Source of the DNA: Chloroflexota bacterium
GTDB lineage: Bacteria > Chloroflexota > Anaerolineae > Anaerolineales > UBA11579
Direction: 5' to 3'
Assembly: GCA_023485685.1 (NCBI GenBank)
Contig: JAMCZK010000013.1
Span: 442 to 64,441 of the forward strand
DNA length: 64,000 nucleotides
The position numbers and the translations under genes were made by a program. Positions 1 through 9,808 of the stretch are shown in pieces. The notes beneath the pieces are model-generated. The model worked only from the letters and a program-made list of their open reading frames with translations. It was not told the DNA's origin and did not search any database. How positions within the stretch are numbered: position 1 is the first letter of the stretch; each line of letters starts with the position of its first letter.

Positions 1-631
1 GAATCGTAGCAGCGCTGGTCATCCCCAATTCGTTGAAGGCAAACTCCGCGGCTACACGACCCTGGAAGAGGTCGTTGTGCGCAGTGCGCAGATAGCCAGG
101 CCAGGCATCGGGGTGATCGGGGTTGGTGAGGTCGGGGTTGGTGTTTGACGAGGAAATCATGAGCATGCCGGCTTCAGAGATCAGAGGCATTGCGCCACGT
201 GCTTCGCTGGAGCATGCGGTGCCAATAACGGCTACCACAGAGGGGTCAGCGGCAATCTTGGCACCTGCAGCCTGGCCACCTTCGATGCTGCACAGGCCGT
301 CTTCACCGTCCCACTGGATCGGGTGCCCCAAAAGTTCGAAGTTGATCTCATTGAGCGCAACTTCGGCACCGCGGACGTTAGTGGTCCCAAGGGGTTCAAC
401 GGCACCAGTGACCGGCTGGATCCACGCGAGGTGGATCGGATCGCCGGGGGCGACGGTCACGCAGCCGATAGCATCTGTGCACTCAAAAGCGGCGGCCGGT
501 TCTTCCGCAGCGGGCTCCTCAGCCGCCGGCTCTTCGACGGCGGCAGTGGGGGTGGCGGCAGGCGCACAAGCTGCCAACACCAAGCTGGCAATTGTTAGTA
601 ATGCCAGTAAACCAAATACTTTTTTAGACAT
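1..631 (-). CDS. Branched-chain amino acid (LivJ / Peripla_BP_6 type) ABC transporter substrate-binding lipoprotein; C-terminal part lies outside the window
   Basis: Absent from the ORF track because it runs off the window edge. The reverse-strand ATG at 629-631 is preceded by GGAGG (638-642). Translation MSKKVFGLLALLTIASLVLAACAPAAT... gives a signal peptide with lipobox, then a Pro/Glu/Ala linker, then ...VAVIGTACSSEARGAMPLISEAGMLMISSSNTNPDLT..., typical of LivJ-like binding proteins. The + strand ORF 123-758 is its antisense shadow. Confidence 0.8.
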   Translation of the reverse strand, partial: MSKKVFGLLALLTIASLVLAACAPAATPTAAVEEPAAEEPAAEEPAAAFECTDAIGCVTVAPGDPIHLAWIQPVTGAVEPLGTTNVRGAEVALNEINFELLGHPIQWDGEDGLCSIEGGQAAGAKIAADPSVVAVIGTACSSEARGAMPLISEAGMLMISSSNTNPDLTNPDHPDAWPGYLRTAHNDLFQGRVAAEFAFNELGMTSAATI

Positions 632-1087
632 TCTTACTCCTCCGAAAAACTTGCAAGTTGAAGTTTCTTCCATAGGAAGGGGAAAGCTTGCTATTGGCGA
701 AGGGCTTCTGAGATTATCACCTCCTTCCAACAAAAGGTCTGAAGATTGCTATAGATAAAGGTGCACCCCGGCGCACCTTTGCGTGTCAAGCCTAATATCT
801 TTGTGTGAATGTTAACTAAGAGTTAGATCGAATCTGTCTGTGCGGTTGATTCGACCTATCTATAACCCTTCATTTTACATAACTCCGCGGCCTAGTCAAG
901 GGGATGAGAATTGGGTGACAGTAATACTCAAACACGCCTCAAAAGGGTCAGCGCACTGGGAGCTGCCATGGTAAAATAGAACATGCATACCAGATTTTGC
1001 CTAACGAGGTTTCAATATCTGAAGCAATACGCAAGAATCGAATACTGTATGTTGTGGGGAAAATAGCAGGCGAATTTCTTTTTTTGA

Positions 1088-3031
<1,944 letters not shown>

Positions 3032-3135
3032 TAGACACGGGCCAAAAAATCGAAGTAGATTTGGCAATGATAAGGGGGTCAAACATCTCTAGTTTGTGCA
3101 ATAATTCACATGTATAATCGCAAACTGGAGGCCTA

Positions 3136-4017
3136 ATGAGCGCTACGATTCTGGATGGAAAAGCCCTTGCTGCAAAAGTCCGTGCTGAGACAACAGCAAA
3201 AGTGGCTGCGCGCACGGCCGCCGGGAAAGCGCCACCGGGGTTGGCCACTGTGCTGGTAGGCAACGACCCGGCATCCGAGACTTATGTTCGCAACAAGCGC
3301 AAGTCTAGCGAAGAAGTGGGCATGGTGTCCTTTGGTTATGAAATGCCGGCGGAGACCAGCCAGGAAGAACTGCTTAAACTAATCGCCGAGCTAAATGCTC
3401 GCCCTGAAGTGCATGGAATTTTGGTTCAGGTGCCCCTGCCCAAACAGATCGAGGCGGCCGCCATCCAGTCTGCGATATCTCCGAAAAAAGATGTGGATTG
3501 TTTGCATCCGGAAAATATCGGTTATCTCGCACAAAAGGGACGCGAACCTCGCTTTGTCTCTTGCACTCCCGCTGGCATCATGCGCATGCTGGCTGAAGCC
3601 GGGGTCAAGCTATCCGGGGCTAACGCCGTAGTGCTGGGCCGTTCGAATATTGTGGGCATGCCGATTGCTCTTCTGCTGATCAAGGCAGACGCTACAGTCA
3701 CTGTCGCTCACTCGCGTACACAGGATTTGCCAGCAGTCTGCCGCGAAGCCGATGTATTGGTGGCGGCGGTGGGGAAGGCCGAGATGGTGCGCGGCGAGTG
3801 GGTCAAACCCGGTGCAGTGGTGATCGATGTGGGCGTGAATCGGATGGAGGATGCCAGCGCCAAGCGCGGTTACCGGCTGGTGGGCGATGTAGCCTTCGCG
3901 GAAGCCAGCCAGGTGGCCTCAGCGATTACGCCAGTTCCTGGCGGCGTGGGGCCGATGACCATAGCCATGCTGTTGGAGAATACTTATCACGCAGCGGAAT
4001 TAGCCGGCGGAAGTTAA
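3136..4017 (+). CDS. folD: Bifunctional 5,10-methylenetetrahydrofolate dehydrogenase / cyclohydrolase
   Basis: 293 aa. N-terminus ILDGKALAAKVR, then VGNDPASETYVRNK, GRSNIVGMP and PVPGGVGPMT, matching FolD. Confidence 0.95.
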   Translation: MSATILDGKALAAKVRAETTAKVAARTAAGKAPPGLATVLVGNDPASETYVRNKRKSSEEVGMVSFGYEMPAETSQEELLKLIAELNARPEVHGILVQVPLPKQIEAAAIQSAISPKKDVDCLHPENIGYLAQKGREPRFVSCTPAGIMRMLAEAGVKLSGANAVVLGRSNIVGMPIALLLIKADATVTVAHSRTQDLPAVCREADVLVAAVGKAEMVRGEWVKPGAVVIDVGVNRMEDASAKRGYRLVGDVAFAEASQVASAITPVPGGVGPMTIAMLLENTYHAAELAGGS

Positions 4018-4053
4018 AACCTACTCGCAATCAATTTCGCCTTAGGAGAAATA

Positions 4054-4667
4054 ATGGTTAGGATCGTGTTTTGGATTTCGACCGGTGTCTTGCTAACTGC
4101 GTGTAGCAACGCTGCCGTTCTGCCTTCACCTGAAGTGTTGGCGCCGACTGGAAACAATGTTAGCGAACCTATTACAATCGTGACTTCTACACCCGTCACC
4201 TTGATTTCCGAACTAACAGCTACCACCACCTACACCGTCCCTGATTTAGGTTATGCCTTTGATTATCCGGTTGCCTGGACCATTTCAGCATTGCCTGATG
4301 TGCCCGAATCTGCGGTGACTATCCATAGCTGGGATCCCGCAATGGCAACCGGTGACCGCCCGCAAAGCGAAGGCATCCCTGAGGGCGGCGAAAAGTTGGA
4401 CATCATCCCTCTGTCAATGTTTGACGTGGATTACGATGAGGCGCTACCTTGGTCCGTGAACAGAATGAGGGGAAGTCGTTCACCGAAGAGAACGTAACAT
4501 TGCCCAGCGGCGCTCCCGGCATCCTTTTCGTGTTCGAGCAAAACGAAGATGTCGGGAGTCGCTGTTTACTCGCCGAAGTTAACCATACTGCCATCCTGGC
4601 TTGCGGATTAGCCTGGAAATTCCAATACTTCGAATCGATTGCCTTTTCGTTACACCCGGCGCAGTAA
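4054..4667 (+). pseudogene. Small lipoprotein gene interrupted by one frameshift (or a local sequence error)
   Basis: ORF 4054-4497 starts with a signal peptide and lipobox (VLLTAC). ORF 4449-4667 in another frame continues as plausible protein (VREQNEGKSFTEENVTLPSGAPGILFVFEQ...). The two ORFs overlap around 4449-4497. Confidence 0.45.
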
Positions 4668-4750
4668 CCCCGCAATGAAGCTTATGGGGCTTTTTCGGCT
4701 GTTTGACAAGTAGCCGCGCCTCAGTTACACTAGTTGTCAGACAACTGAAT

Positions 4751-6136
4751 ATGTCTACTCTGCTTATCCGGCGTGCAACTCTATTAGCCACCTTTGATAA
4801 TCAGCGTCATGAGATTGCCGATGCTGGTCTATTCATTCGTGATGGCTTTATCCAACAAGTTGGCCCATCGGCTGAGCTTCCCAACACAGCCGACGAGGTG
4901 CTGGATTTAAGCGACCACGTCGTTCTCCCGGGTTTAATAAACACTCACCACCACTTTTATCAGACGCTGACCCGGGCAGTACCGGCAGCTCAGAACGCCA
5001 ACCTCTTCAATTGGCTCAAGACCTTGTATCCTATCTGGGCCAGGTTGACGCCCGAAGATATCTTCATCTCCACTCAGACAGCCTTGGCTGAGCTAGCCTT
5101 ATCAGGTTGTACCACCGCCTCAGACCATCTCTATGTCTTCCCAAACGGCTCCCGCTTGGAAGATGAAATCGAAGCAGCCGGCGAAGTAGGTCTGCGCTTG
5201 CATGCATCCCGCGGCTCGATGAGCGTCGGGGAAAGCCAGGGTGGCCTACCGCCAGACAGTGTGGTGGAAGATGAAGACACCATTCTTGCGGATAGCAGCC
5301 GCCTAATTGAAAGCCATCACCATGCCGAAGCAGGCGCGATGACCCAAATCGTGCTGGCTCCCTGTTCGCCTTTCAGCGTCTCGCAGGACTTGATGAAAGA
5401 GACAGCCAAGCTGGCCAGGCAGTATCAAGTTCATTTGCATACCCATTTGGCAGAAACGCAGGACGAAGAGCAATATACGCAGGAACATTTTGGATTGCGC
5501 CCGGTTGCCTGGATGGAGACTCTGGGCTGGCTGGGTGAAGATGTTTGGTATGCGCACTCGGTGCACGTGAACGACGAAGAAATTACCAAATATGCGGAGA
5601 TGGGCTGTGGTGTAGCTCATTGCCCTTCTTCCAATATGCGCCTGGCCTCCGGGATTGCCCCGGTCGCCCAGATGATGACGGCGGGCGTGAAAGTGGGCTT
5701 GGGCGTGGACGGATCCGCCAGCAATGATTCTTCGCACATGCTGGCTGAAGCGCGGCAGACGATGTTGCTTTCTCGGCTGGAGGCAGGATTGCGCGGCGCG
5801 TCCCTTTCGGGCAACGATGCACCCGAGCTGATGACCGCGCGCCAATCGCTGGAATTAGCCACGCGCGGCGGAGCAGGCGTGTTGGGGCGCGAGGACATCG
5901 GCTCGCTTGAAGTGGGGAAGTGCGCGGATTTCTTTGCAGTGAATCTCAACCAGTTGGATTTCGCCGGGGCGTTGCACGATCCCCTGGCAGCGCTGGTGTT
6001 TTGCGCGCCGGCTAAAGCGGATTACACAGTGGTCGGCGGCAAATTTGTCGTAAAGGAGGGCCAAATGCAAACCGTGGAGTTGCCTCGTTTGATGGAAAAA
6101 CACCATCGCGCGGCGGCGCGTTTGCTGGCAAATTAA
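4751..6136 (+). CDS. Metal-dependent amidohydrolase / aminohydrolase of the ATZ-TRZ / SsnA / 8-oxoguanine-deaminase-like branch
   Basis: HxH motif in LPGLINTHHHFYQTLTR, followed by HLHTHLAET, AHSVH and GVDGSASND. ATG 4751 (MSTLLIRRATLL...) is preferred over the upstream TTG 4703. Confidence 0.8.
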   Translation: MSTLLIRRATLLATFDNQRHEIADAGLFIRDGFIQQVGPSAELPNTADEVLDLSDHVVLPGLINTHHHFYQTLTRAVPAAQNANLFNWLKTLYPIWARLTPEDIFISTQTALAELALSGCTTASDHLYVFPNGSRLEDEIEAAGEVGLRLHASRGSMSVGESQGGLPPDSVVEDEDTILADSSRLIESHHHAEAGAMTQIVLAPCSPFSVSQDLMKETAKLARQYQVHLHTHLAETQDEEQYTQEHFGLRPVAWMETLGWLGEDVWYAHSVHVNDEEITKYAEMGCGVAHCPSSNMRLASGIAPVAQMMTAGVKVGLGVDGSASNDSSHMLAEARQTMLLSRLEAGLRGASLSGNDAPELMTARQSLELATRGGAGVLGREDIGSLEVGKCADFFAVNLNQLDFAGALHDPLAALVFCAPAKADYTVVGGKFVVKEGQMQTVELPRLMEKHHRAAARLLAN

Positions 6137-6137
6137 T

Positions 6138-6866
6138 ATGCTGAAAACCGGAATCCTCTCAAATCGTTTGCATTCAGAACTTGGAGAACTGATCGCCAAG
6201 ACAAATCCAGGCGAGCGCCTGCCCACTGAGCCCAAGTTGGCGGAGATGCTGGGTGTTTCGCGGGCGACGTTGCGCGAAGCAATGCGCACCTTCGAGACGC
6301 AGGGATTGATCCAGCGGCGTCAAGGGGTGGGCACGTTTGTGGTGCACCCCTCGAGCGTCATTGATACCGGCCTCGAGTTGCTCGAAAGCATCGAAAGTAT
6401 GGCGCAGCGCGTCGGTTTGCCGGTGCGTATGGGCGACTACGAGATCGAGCGCCGCGCGGCTGATCCTGAGGAACACCAGTTGCTGAAAGACTCTCAGGTG
6501 CTTCATGTTTCGCGCGTGATGGAAGCCGAAGGCCGTCCGATTGCCTATTTGGTGGACGTGTTGCCGGATAAGCTCTTCACTGAAGTCGAGTTTCGGCGTG
6601 AGTTTAGCGGCTCGGTGCTGGACTTGTTGCTCAAACAAAGTAGCTTGCGGGTGACCAGCGCGGATACCGAGATTCACGCGGAAGCCGCCGAAACGAATGA
6701 GGCGCGGGCGCTACATATGCAACGCGGCGACGTGGTGCTGCATTTCAAGTCCACCCTGTTTTCGATGGACGGCTCGGTGATCGATCTCTCCCGCTCGTAT
6801 TTCCTTCCCGGCTATTTCCGCTTCCATGTGATCCGCCGCGTCGAACCGCGGCGCCCAACGAGTTAA
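6138..6866 (+). CDS. GntR family (HutC/FarR-like, UTRA effector domain) transcriptional regulator
   Basis: Winged-HTH segment LPTEPKLAEMLGVSRATLREAMRTFETQGLI plus a ~150-aa C-terminal effector domain. The start lies 1 nt after the upstream stop. Confidence 0.85.
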   Translation: MLKTGILSNRLHSELGELIAKTNPGERLPTEPKLAEMLGVSRATLREAMRTFETQGLIQRRQGVGTFVVHPSSVIDTGLELLESIESMAQRVGLPVRMGDYEIERRAADPEEHQLLKDSQVLHVSRVMEAEGRPIAYLVDVLPDKLFTEVEFRREFSGSVLDLLLKQSSLRVTSADTEIHAEAAETNEARALHMQRGDVVLHFKSTLFSMDGSVIDLSRSYFLPGYFRFHVIRRVEPRRPTS

Positions 6867-6892
6867 TCCTTAATCCCAAACCCACGGAGGTT

Positions 6893-7849
6893 GTGATGCG
6901 CAGTTTTGCAGGACGAGATATTCTCTCTTTGAAAGATTTTGAACGCCAGGAATTTTTCCGCGTCTTTGAGATTGCTGAAGACCTGGAACATTTTGCCCGT
7001 GACCGCCAGAACACGGACTTGCTGAAGGAAAAGACGCTGGTCACCGCGTTCTACCAGCCCAGCACCCGCACACGTCTGGCCCACGAAGCGGCCATGATCC
7101 GTTTAGGCGGACAGGTAACCGGCTTCGCCGATGCCAAGATGACCCGTGCCGGCGATTTTTACCAGGAGTCGATCAAGGACACGGTAAAGATGCTGGAGTT
7201 CTACGGGGACGTGATTGTGATGCGCCATTTTCAGCAAGGGGCCCCGCATGAGGCGGCCAAATGGGCCAGTATCCCCATCATCAATGGTGGTGACGGCTGG
7301 GGCGAGCACCCGACCCAGATCCTGACCGACCTCTACACCGTGTGGAAGGAAAAGGGCACCATCGATGGGCTCAAATGGCTTGCCGTAGGGGATATGCGCA
7401 TGCGCACCATGCACTCCTTGGCTTATGGCCTGACTCAATTCGACTGCCCGATCACCTTCGTGGCGCCCCCAGACATGTCCCTGACCAAAGAGTTCAAGGA
7501 TGAATTAAAGCAGTACAGCCTCAACTATAAGGAAGCGGAACATGTCGAACAGGCCATCGCGGAGGCCGACGTCATTCTGGTGGAGCCGGTAGTGCAGCCA
7601 GATTACACGAAATCCCGCGACGAGCGTTCGGGCGACGTGAATTTGACGCCAGCCAACTACAAGATCACCCGCGAACTGCTATCGACAAAGGCTAAATCGG
7701 ACGCCATCTTGCTGCATTCCCTGCCGCGCATGGACGAGATTCCGCCCGATGTAGACATCACCCGCTGGTCGCGCTATTGGCAGGAAGCCTTTAATGGCGT
7801 AGTCATGCGCATGGCGCTTTTGGCGCTAGTTTTAGGCGCCACTGAATGA
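6893..7849 (+). CDS. Aspartate-carbamoyltransferase-like transcarbamylase, substrate uncertain
   Basis: Carbamoyl-phosphate site motifs STRTR, VMRH and EHPTQ, plus HSLPR in place of HPLPR. The canonical R-x-Q-x-E-R aspartate-binding segment is replaced by EPVVQPDY. Confidence 0.75.
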   Translation: MMRSFAGRDILSLKDFERQEFFRVFEIAEDLEHFARDRQNTDLLKEKTLVTAFYQPSTRTRLAHEAAMIRLGGQVTGFADAKMTRAGDFYQESIKDTVKMLEFYGDVIVMRHFQQGAPHEAAKWASIPIINGGDGWGEHPTQILTDLYTVWKEKGTIDGLKWLAVGDMRMRTMHSLAYGLTQFDCPITFVAPPDMSLTKEFKDELKQYSLNYKEAEHVEQAIAEADVILVEPVVQPDYTKSRDERSGDVNLTPANYKITRELLSTKAKSDAILLHSLPRMDEIPPDVDITRWSRYWQEAFNGVVMRMALLALVLGATE

Positions 7850-7861
7850 ATAATGAAGTTT

Positions 7862-7893
7862 GATAGTCAGGTAGTCGTGTAGTCGGATAGTCA
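7862..7893. repeat. Four tandem 8-nt units with a TAGTC core (left flank of four-helix-bundle cassette 1)
   Basis: Reads gatagtca ggtagtcg tgtagtcg gatagtca. It is the inverted counterpart of the array at 8192-8215. Confidence 0.8.
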
Positions 7894-7895
7894 AA

Positions 7896-8198
7896 ATGCC
7901 AAAGATAGAGCGCTTCGAAGACCTGCAAAGCTGGCAGAAAGCTCGTTTGCTAGTAAATCGGATCTATAAACTTACGCTGAATGGTTCATTTTCAAAAGAC
8001 TTTGCTTTGCGAGATCAGATTCGACGATCCGGTGGATCGGTGATGCACAACATAGCGGAAGGTTTTGACGCCGGTTCAGATCTTGAGTTCGTTCGCTTTC
8101 TTAAAATGGCTCGCCGATCGGCAAGTGAAGTTCAATCCCAGTTATATCTGGCAGTTGATCTCAACTACATCAGTCCTGAAGAAATGAATGTCGACTAA
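7896..8198 (+). CDS. Four-helix-bundle protein (23S rRNA intervening-sequence protein / Avd-like family)
   Basis: 100 aa. FEDLQSWQKARLL...IRRSGGSVMHNIAEGF...FLKMARRSASEVQSQLYLA matches the family signature. The ORF is visibly more AT-rich than its neighbours. Confidence 0.85.
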   Translation: MPKIERFEDLQSWQKARLLVNRIYKLTLNGSFSKDFALRDQIRRSGGSVMHNIAEGFDAGSDLEFVRFLKMARRSASEVQSQLYLAVDLNYISPEEMNVD

Positions 8199-8215
8199 TT
8201 GACTAGGAGACTAAG
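8192..8215. repeat. Three tandem 8-nt units with a GACTA core (right flank of cassette 1; inverted relative to 7862-7893)
   Basis: Reads cgactaat tgactagg agactaag. The Shine-Dalgarno AGGAGA of the next gene is embedded in the array. Confidence 0.75.
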
Positions 8216-8216
8216 C

Positions 8217-9200
8217 ATGCAGACTAACTTACGCGGTCGCGATTTCATTAGCGACCTGGACTTTAGCAAGGAAGAAATCGAAACCGTTTTAGATGTAGCC
8301 TGGGACTTGAAGCGCAAGCGCGCCCTTGGGGAGCCGCACGCTCTTTTACGAGACAAGGTGCTGGCCATGCTCTTTTTCTTTTCGAGCACGCGCACTCGCG
8401 GCTCTTTCGAAGCGGGTATGGCTCAATTGGGCGGGCACGCCGCCTTCATTGAATCTCGCACCACCCAGATTTCACATGGGGATACGGAAAAGGAAATGGG
8501 CCATATCTTCGGCCGATATTTCGATGGCATCGCCATCCGCCACGTGGAGTGGGGTGTGGGCAACCGCTACCTCAATCTGGTGGCAGAAGCCTCCGGGGTG
8601 CCGGTGCTCAACATGCAGTGCGAGATCTACCACCCCCACCAATGCCTGGCCGATCTCATGACCATGATGGAGAAGTTCAGCACTCGCAGCTTGCGCGGCA
8701 AGCGCGTAGTGGTTTCCTGGGCTTACGCCTCCAGCTACCTCAAACCTATTTCAGTTCCCCAATCGCTGATTTTGCAGCTGCCTCGCTTCGGCGCAGACGT
8801 TGTACTTTCCCACCCCAAGGGCTTTGAGTTGATGCCAGAGATCATGGATCAAGCCAAGTCGCTTTCCAAGCGATACAAGACTGGCTTTGATGTGGTCCAC
8901 GACATGAAGGAAGGCTTCGAGGACGCCGACGTGGTGTACGCGAAATCCTGGGGACCGCTACTGACGACTTCGGATGTCGCCAAAGGCAAAGAGTTGCAGG
9001 ACGCCAACAAAGATTGGATCACCGATGCCAAGAAGATGGCCGTTGCACACGACGATGCCATCTACATGCATCCACTTCCCGCGGACCGTGACGTGGAAAT
9101 CACCAGCGAAGTCCTGGACGGTCCACAATCGGTTGTGATCGACGAAGCTGAAAACCGCCTGCACGCGCAAAAGGCCGTGATGGCGTTAACGATGTGCTGA
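8217..9200 (+). CDS. Ornithine/aspartate transcarbamylase-fold enzyme (YgeW/OTCase-like), substrate uncertain
   Basis: Motifs STRTR and HPHQCLADL, MHPLPADRD (HPLP rather than the OTCase HCLP), and KSWG where OTCases have SMG. ATG 8217 follows AGGAGA; the track start at 8199 is less likely. Confidence 0.8.
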   Translation: MQTNLRGRDFISDLDFSKEEIETVLDVAWDLKRKRALGEPHALLRDKVLAMLFFFSSTRTRGSFEAGMAQLGGHAAFIESRTTQISHGDTEKEMGHIFGRYFDGIAIRHVEWGVGNRYLNLVAEASGVPVLNMQCEIYHPHQCLADLMTMMEKFSTRSLRGKRVVVSWAYASSYLKPISVPQSLILQLPRFGADVVLSHPKGFELMPEIMDQAKSLSKRYKTGFDVVHDMKEGFEDADVVYAKSWGPLLTTSDVAKGKELQDANKDWITDAKKMAVAHDDAIYMHPLPADRDVEITSEVLDGPQSVVIDEAENRLHAQKAVMALTMC

Positions 9201-9232
9201 GTACATAAGTAAATAGGTACACTGGTACATAA
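9201..9232. repeat. Four tandem 8-nt units with a GTACA core (left flank of four-helix-bundle cassette 2)
   Basis: Reads gtacataa gtaaatag gtacactg gtacataa. It is the inverted counterpart of the array at 9751-9782. Confidence 0.8.
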
Positions 9233-9243
9233 GGCAGGTTATC

Positions 9244-9747
9244 TTGCATCTTATTCGGGCAAATCATCAACCGTCTGGTGGAGATGGGAATAGCAGCTTT
9301 GAGGATCTGCAATGTTATAAACTTGCTCTTGATGTGATGGTCAACGCTCATCAGCTCGCTGTGAATCTGCCGCCACAAGAGAAATATGACTTGGCTCAGC
9401 AAATCCGAAGGGCTTCGAAAGGGATATCTGCAAATATTGCTGAGGGCTACGGCAGGTTCCATTTTCTAGATTCATTGCGATTCTATTCAATGGCAAGGGG
9501 TTCTTTAAATGAGACGCGAAATCATGTGATCACTGCCAAAGTGCTTGGATACATCGAAGAATCCTTTTATCAACAGTTTGTTACACTCATGCGCGAAGCA
9601 GAAAAGACGCTGAATGGACTCATGCGCTATGTGCGTGAACAACGAAGGGGTGGCGACTTATATAAAAACAGCGTGATCCGCGAGGAAGCCGGCACATATG
9701 AAGCTGAATTCTCTGACTATCTGGACGAACTAAGACCCCACGAATGA
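9244..9747 (+). CDS. Four-helix-bundle protein (23S rRNA intervening-sequence protein / Avd-like family)
   Basis: FEDLQCYKLAL...QIRRASKGISANIAEGYGRF...FYSMARGSLNETRNH matches the family signature. TTG is the only in-frame start. The ORF is AT-rich relative to its neighbours. Confidence 0.8.
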   Translation: MHLIRANHQPSGGDGNSSFEDLQCYKLALDVMVNAHQLAVNLPPQEKYDLAQQIRRASKGISANIAEGYGRFHFLDSLRFYSMARGSLNETRNHVITAKVLGYIEESFYQQFVTLMREAEKTLNGLMRYVREQRRGGDLYKNSVIREEAGTYEAEFSDYLDELRPHE

Positions 9748-9750
9748 CCC

Positions 9751-9782
9751 TTATGTACTTATCTACTTGTGTACTAATCTAC
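9751..9782. repeat. Four tandem 8-nt units with a TGTAC/TCTAC core (right flank of cassette 2)
   Basis: Reads ttatgtac ttatctac ttgtgtac taatctac. The innermost unit is the exact reverse complement of gtacataa at 9225-9232. Confidence 0.8.
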
Positions 9783-9808
9783 TCATCGCCAAAGGAGCTT
9801 CCTTCTAA

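Noticed and set aside
123-758. 211-aa + strand ORF (and the nested ORF 323-598) at the left edge
   Set aside because: It is the antisense shadow of a well-supported minus-strand LivJ-type lipoprotein gene (1-631). Its translation is a low-complexity Ala/Ser/Pro sequence with no recognisable motifs.
6893-9200. Calling the two transcarbamylases pyrB and argF
   Set aside because: The second-substrate motifs deviate from the canonical enzymes. There are no pyr or arg biosynthetic neighbours. The genes are embedded with carbamate kinase, amidohydrolases and a GntR regulator, so gene symbols were withheld.
7896-9747. Diversity-generating retroelement, suggested by the Avd-like four-helix-bundle proteins
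   Set aside because: No reverse transcriptase gene and no template/variable repeat pair are visible anywhere in the window. The proteins match the stand-alone 23S-IVS-protein type.
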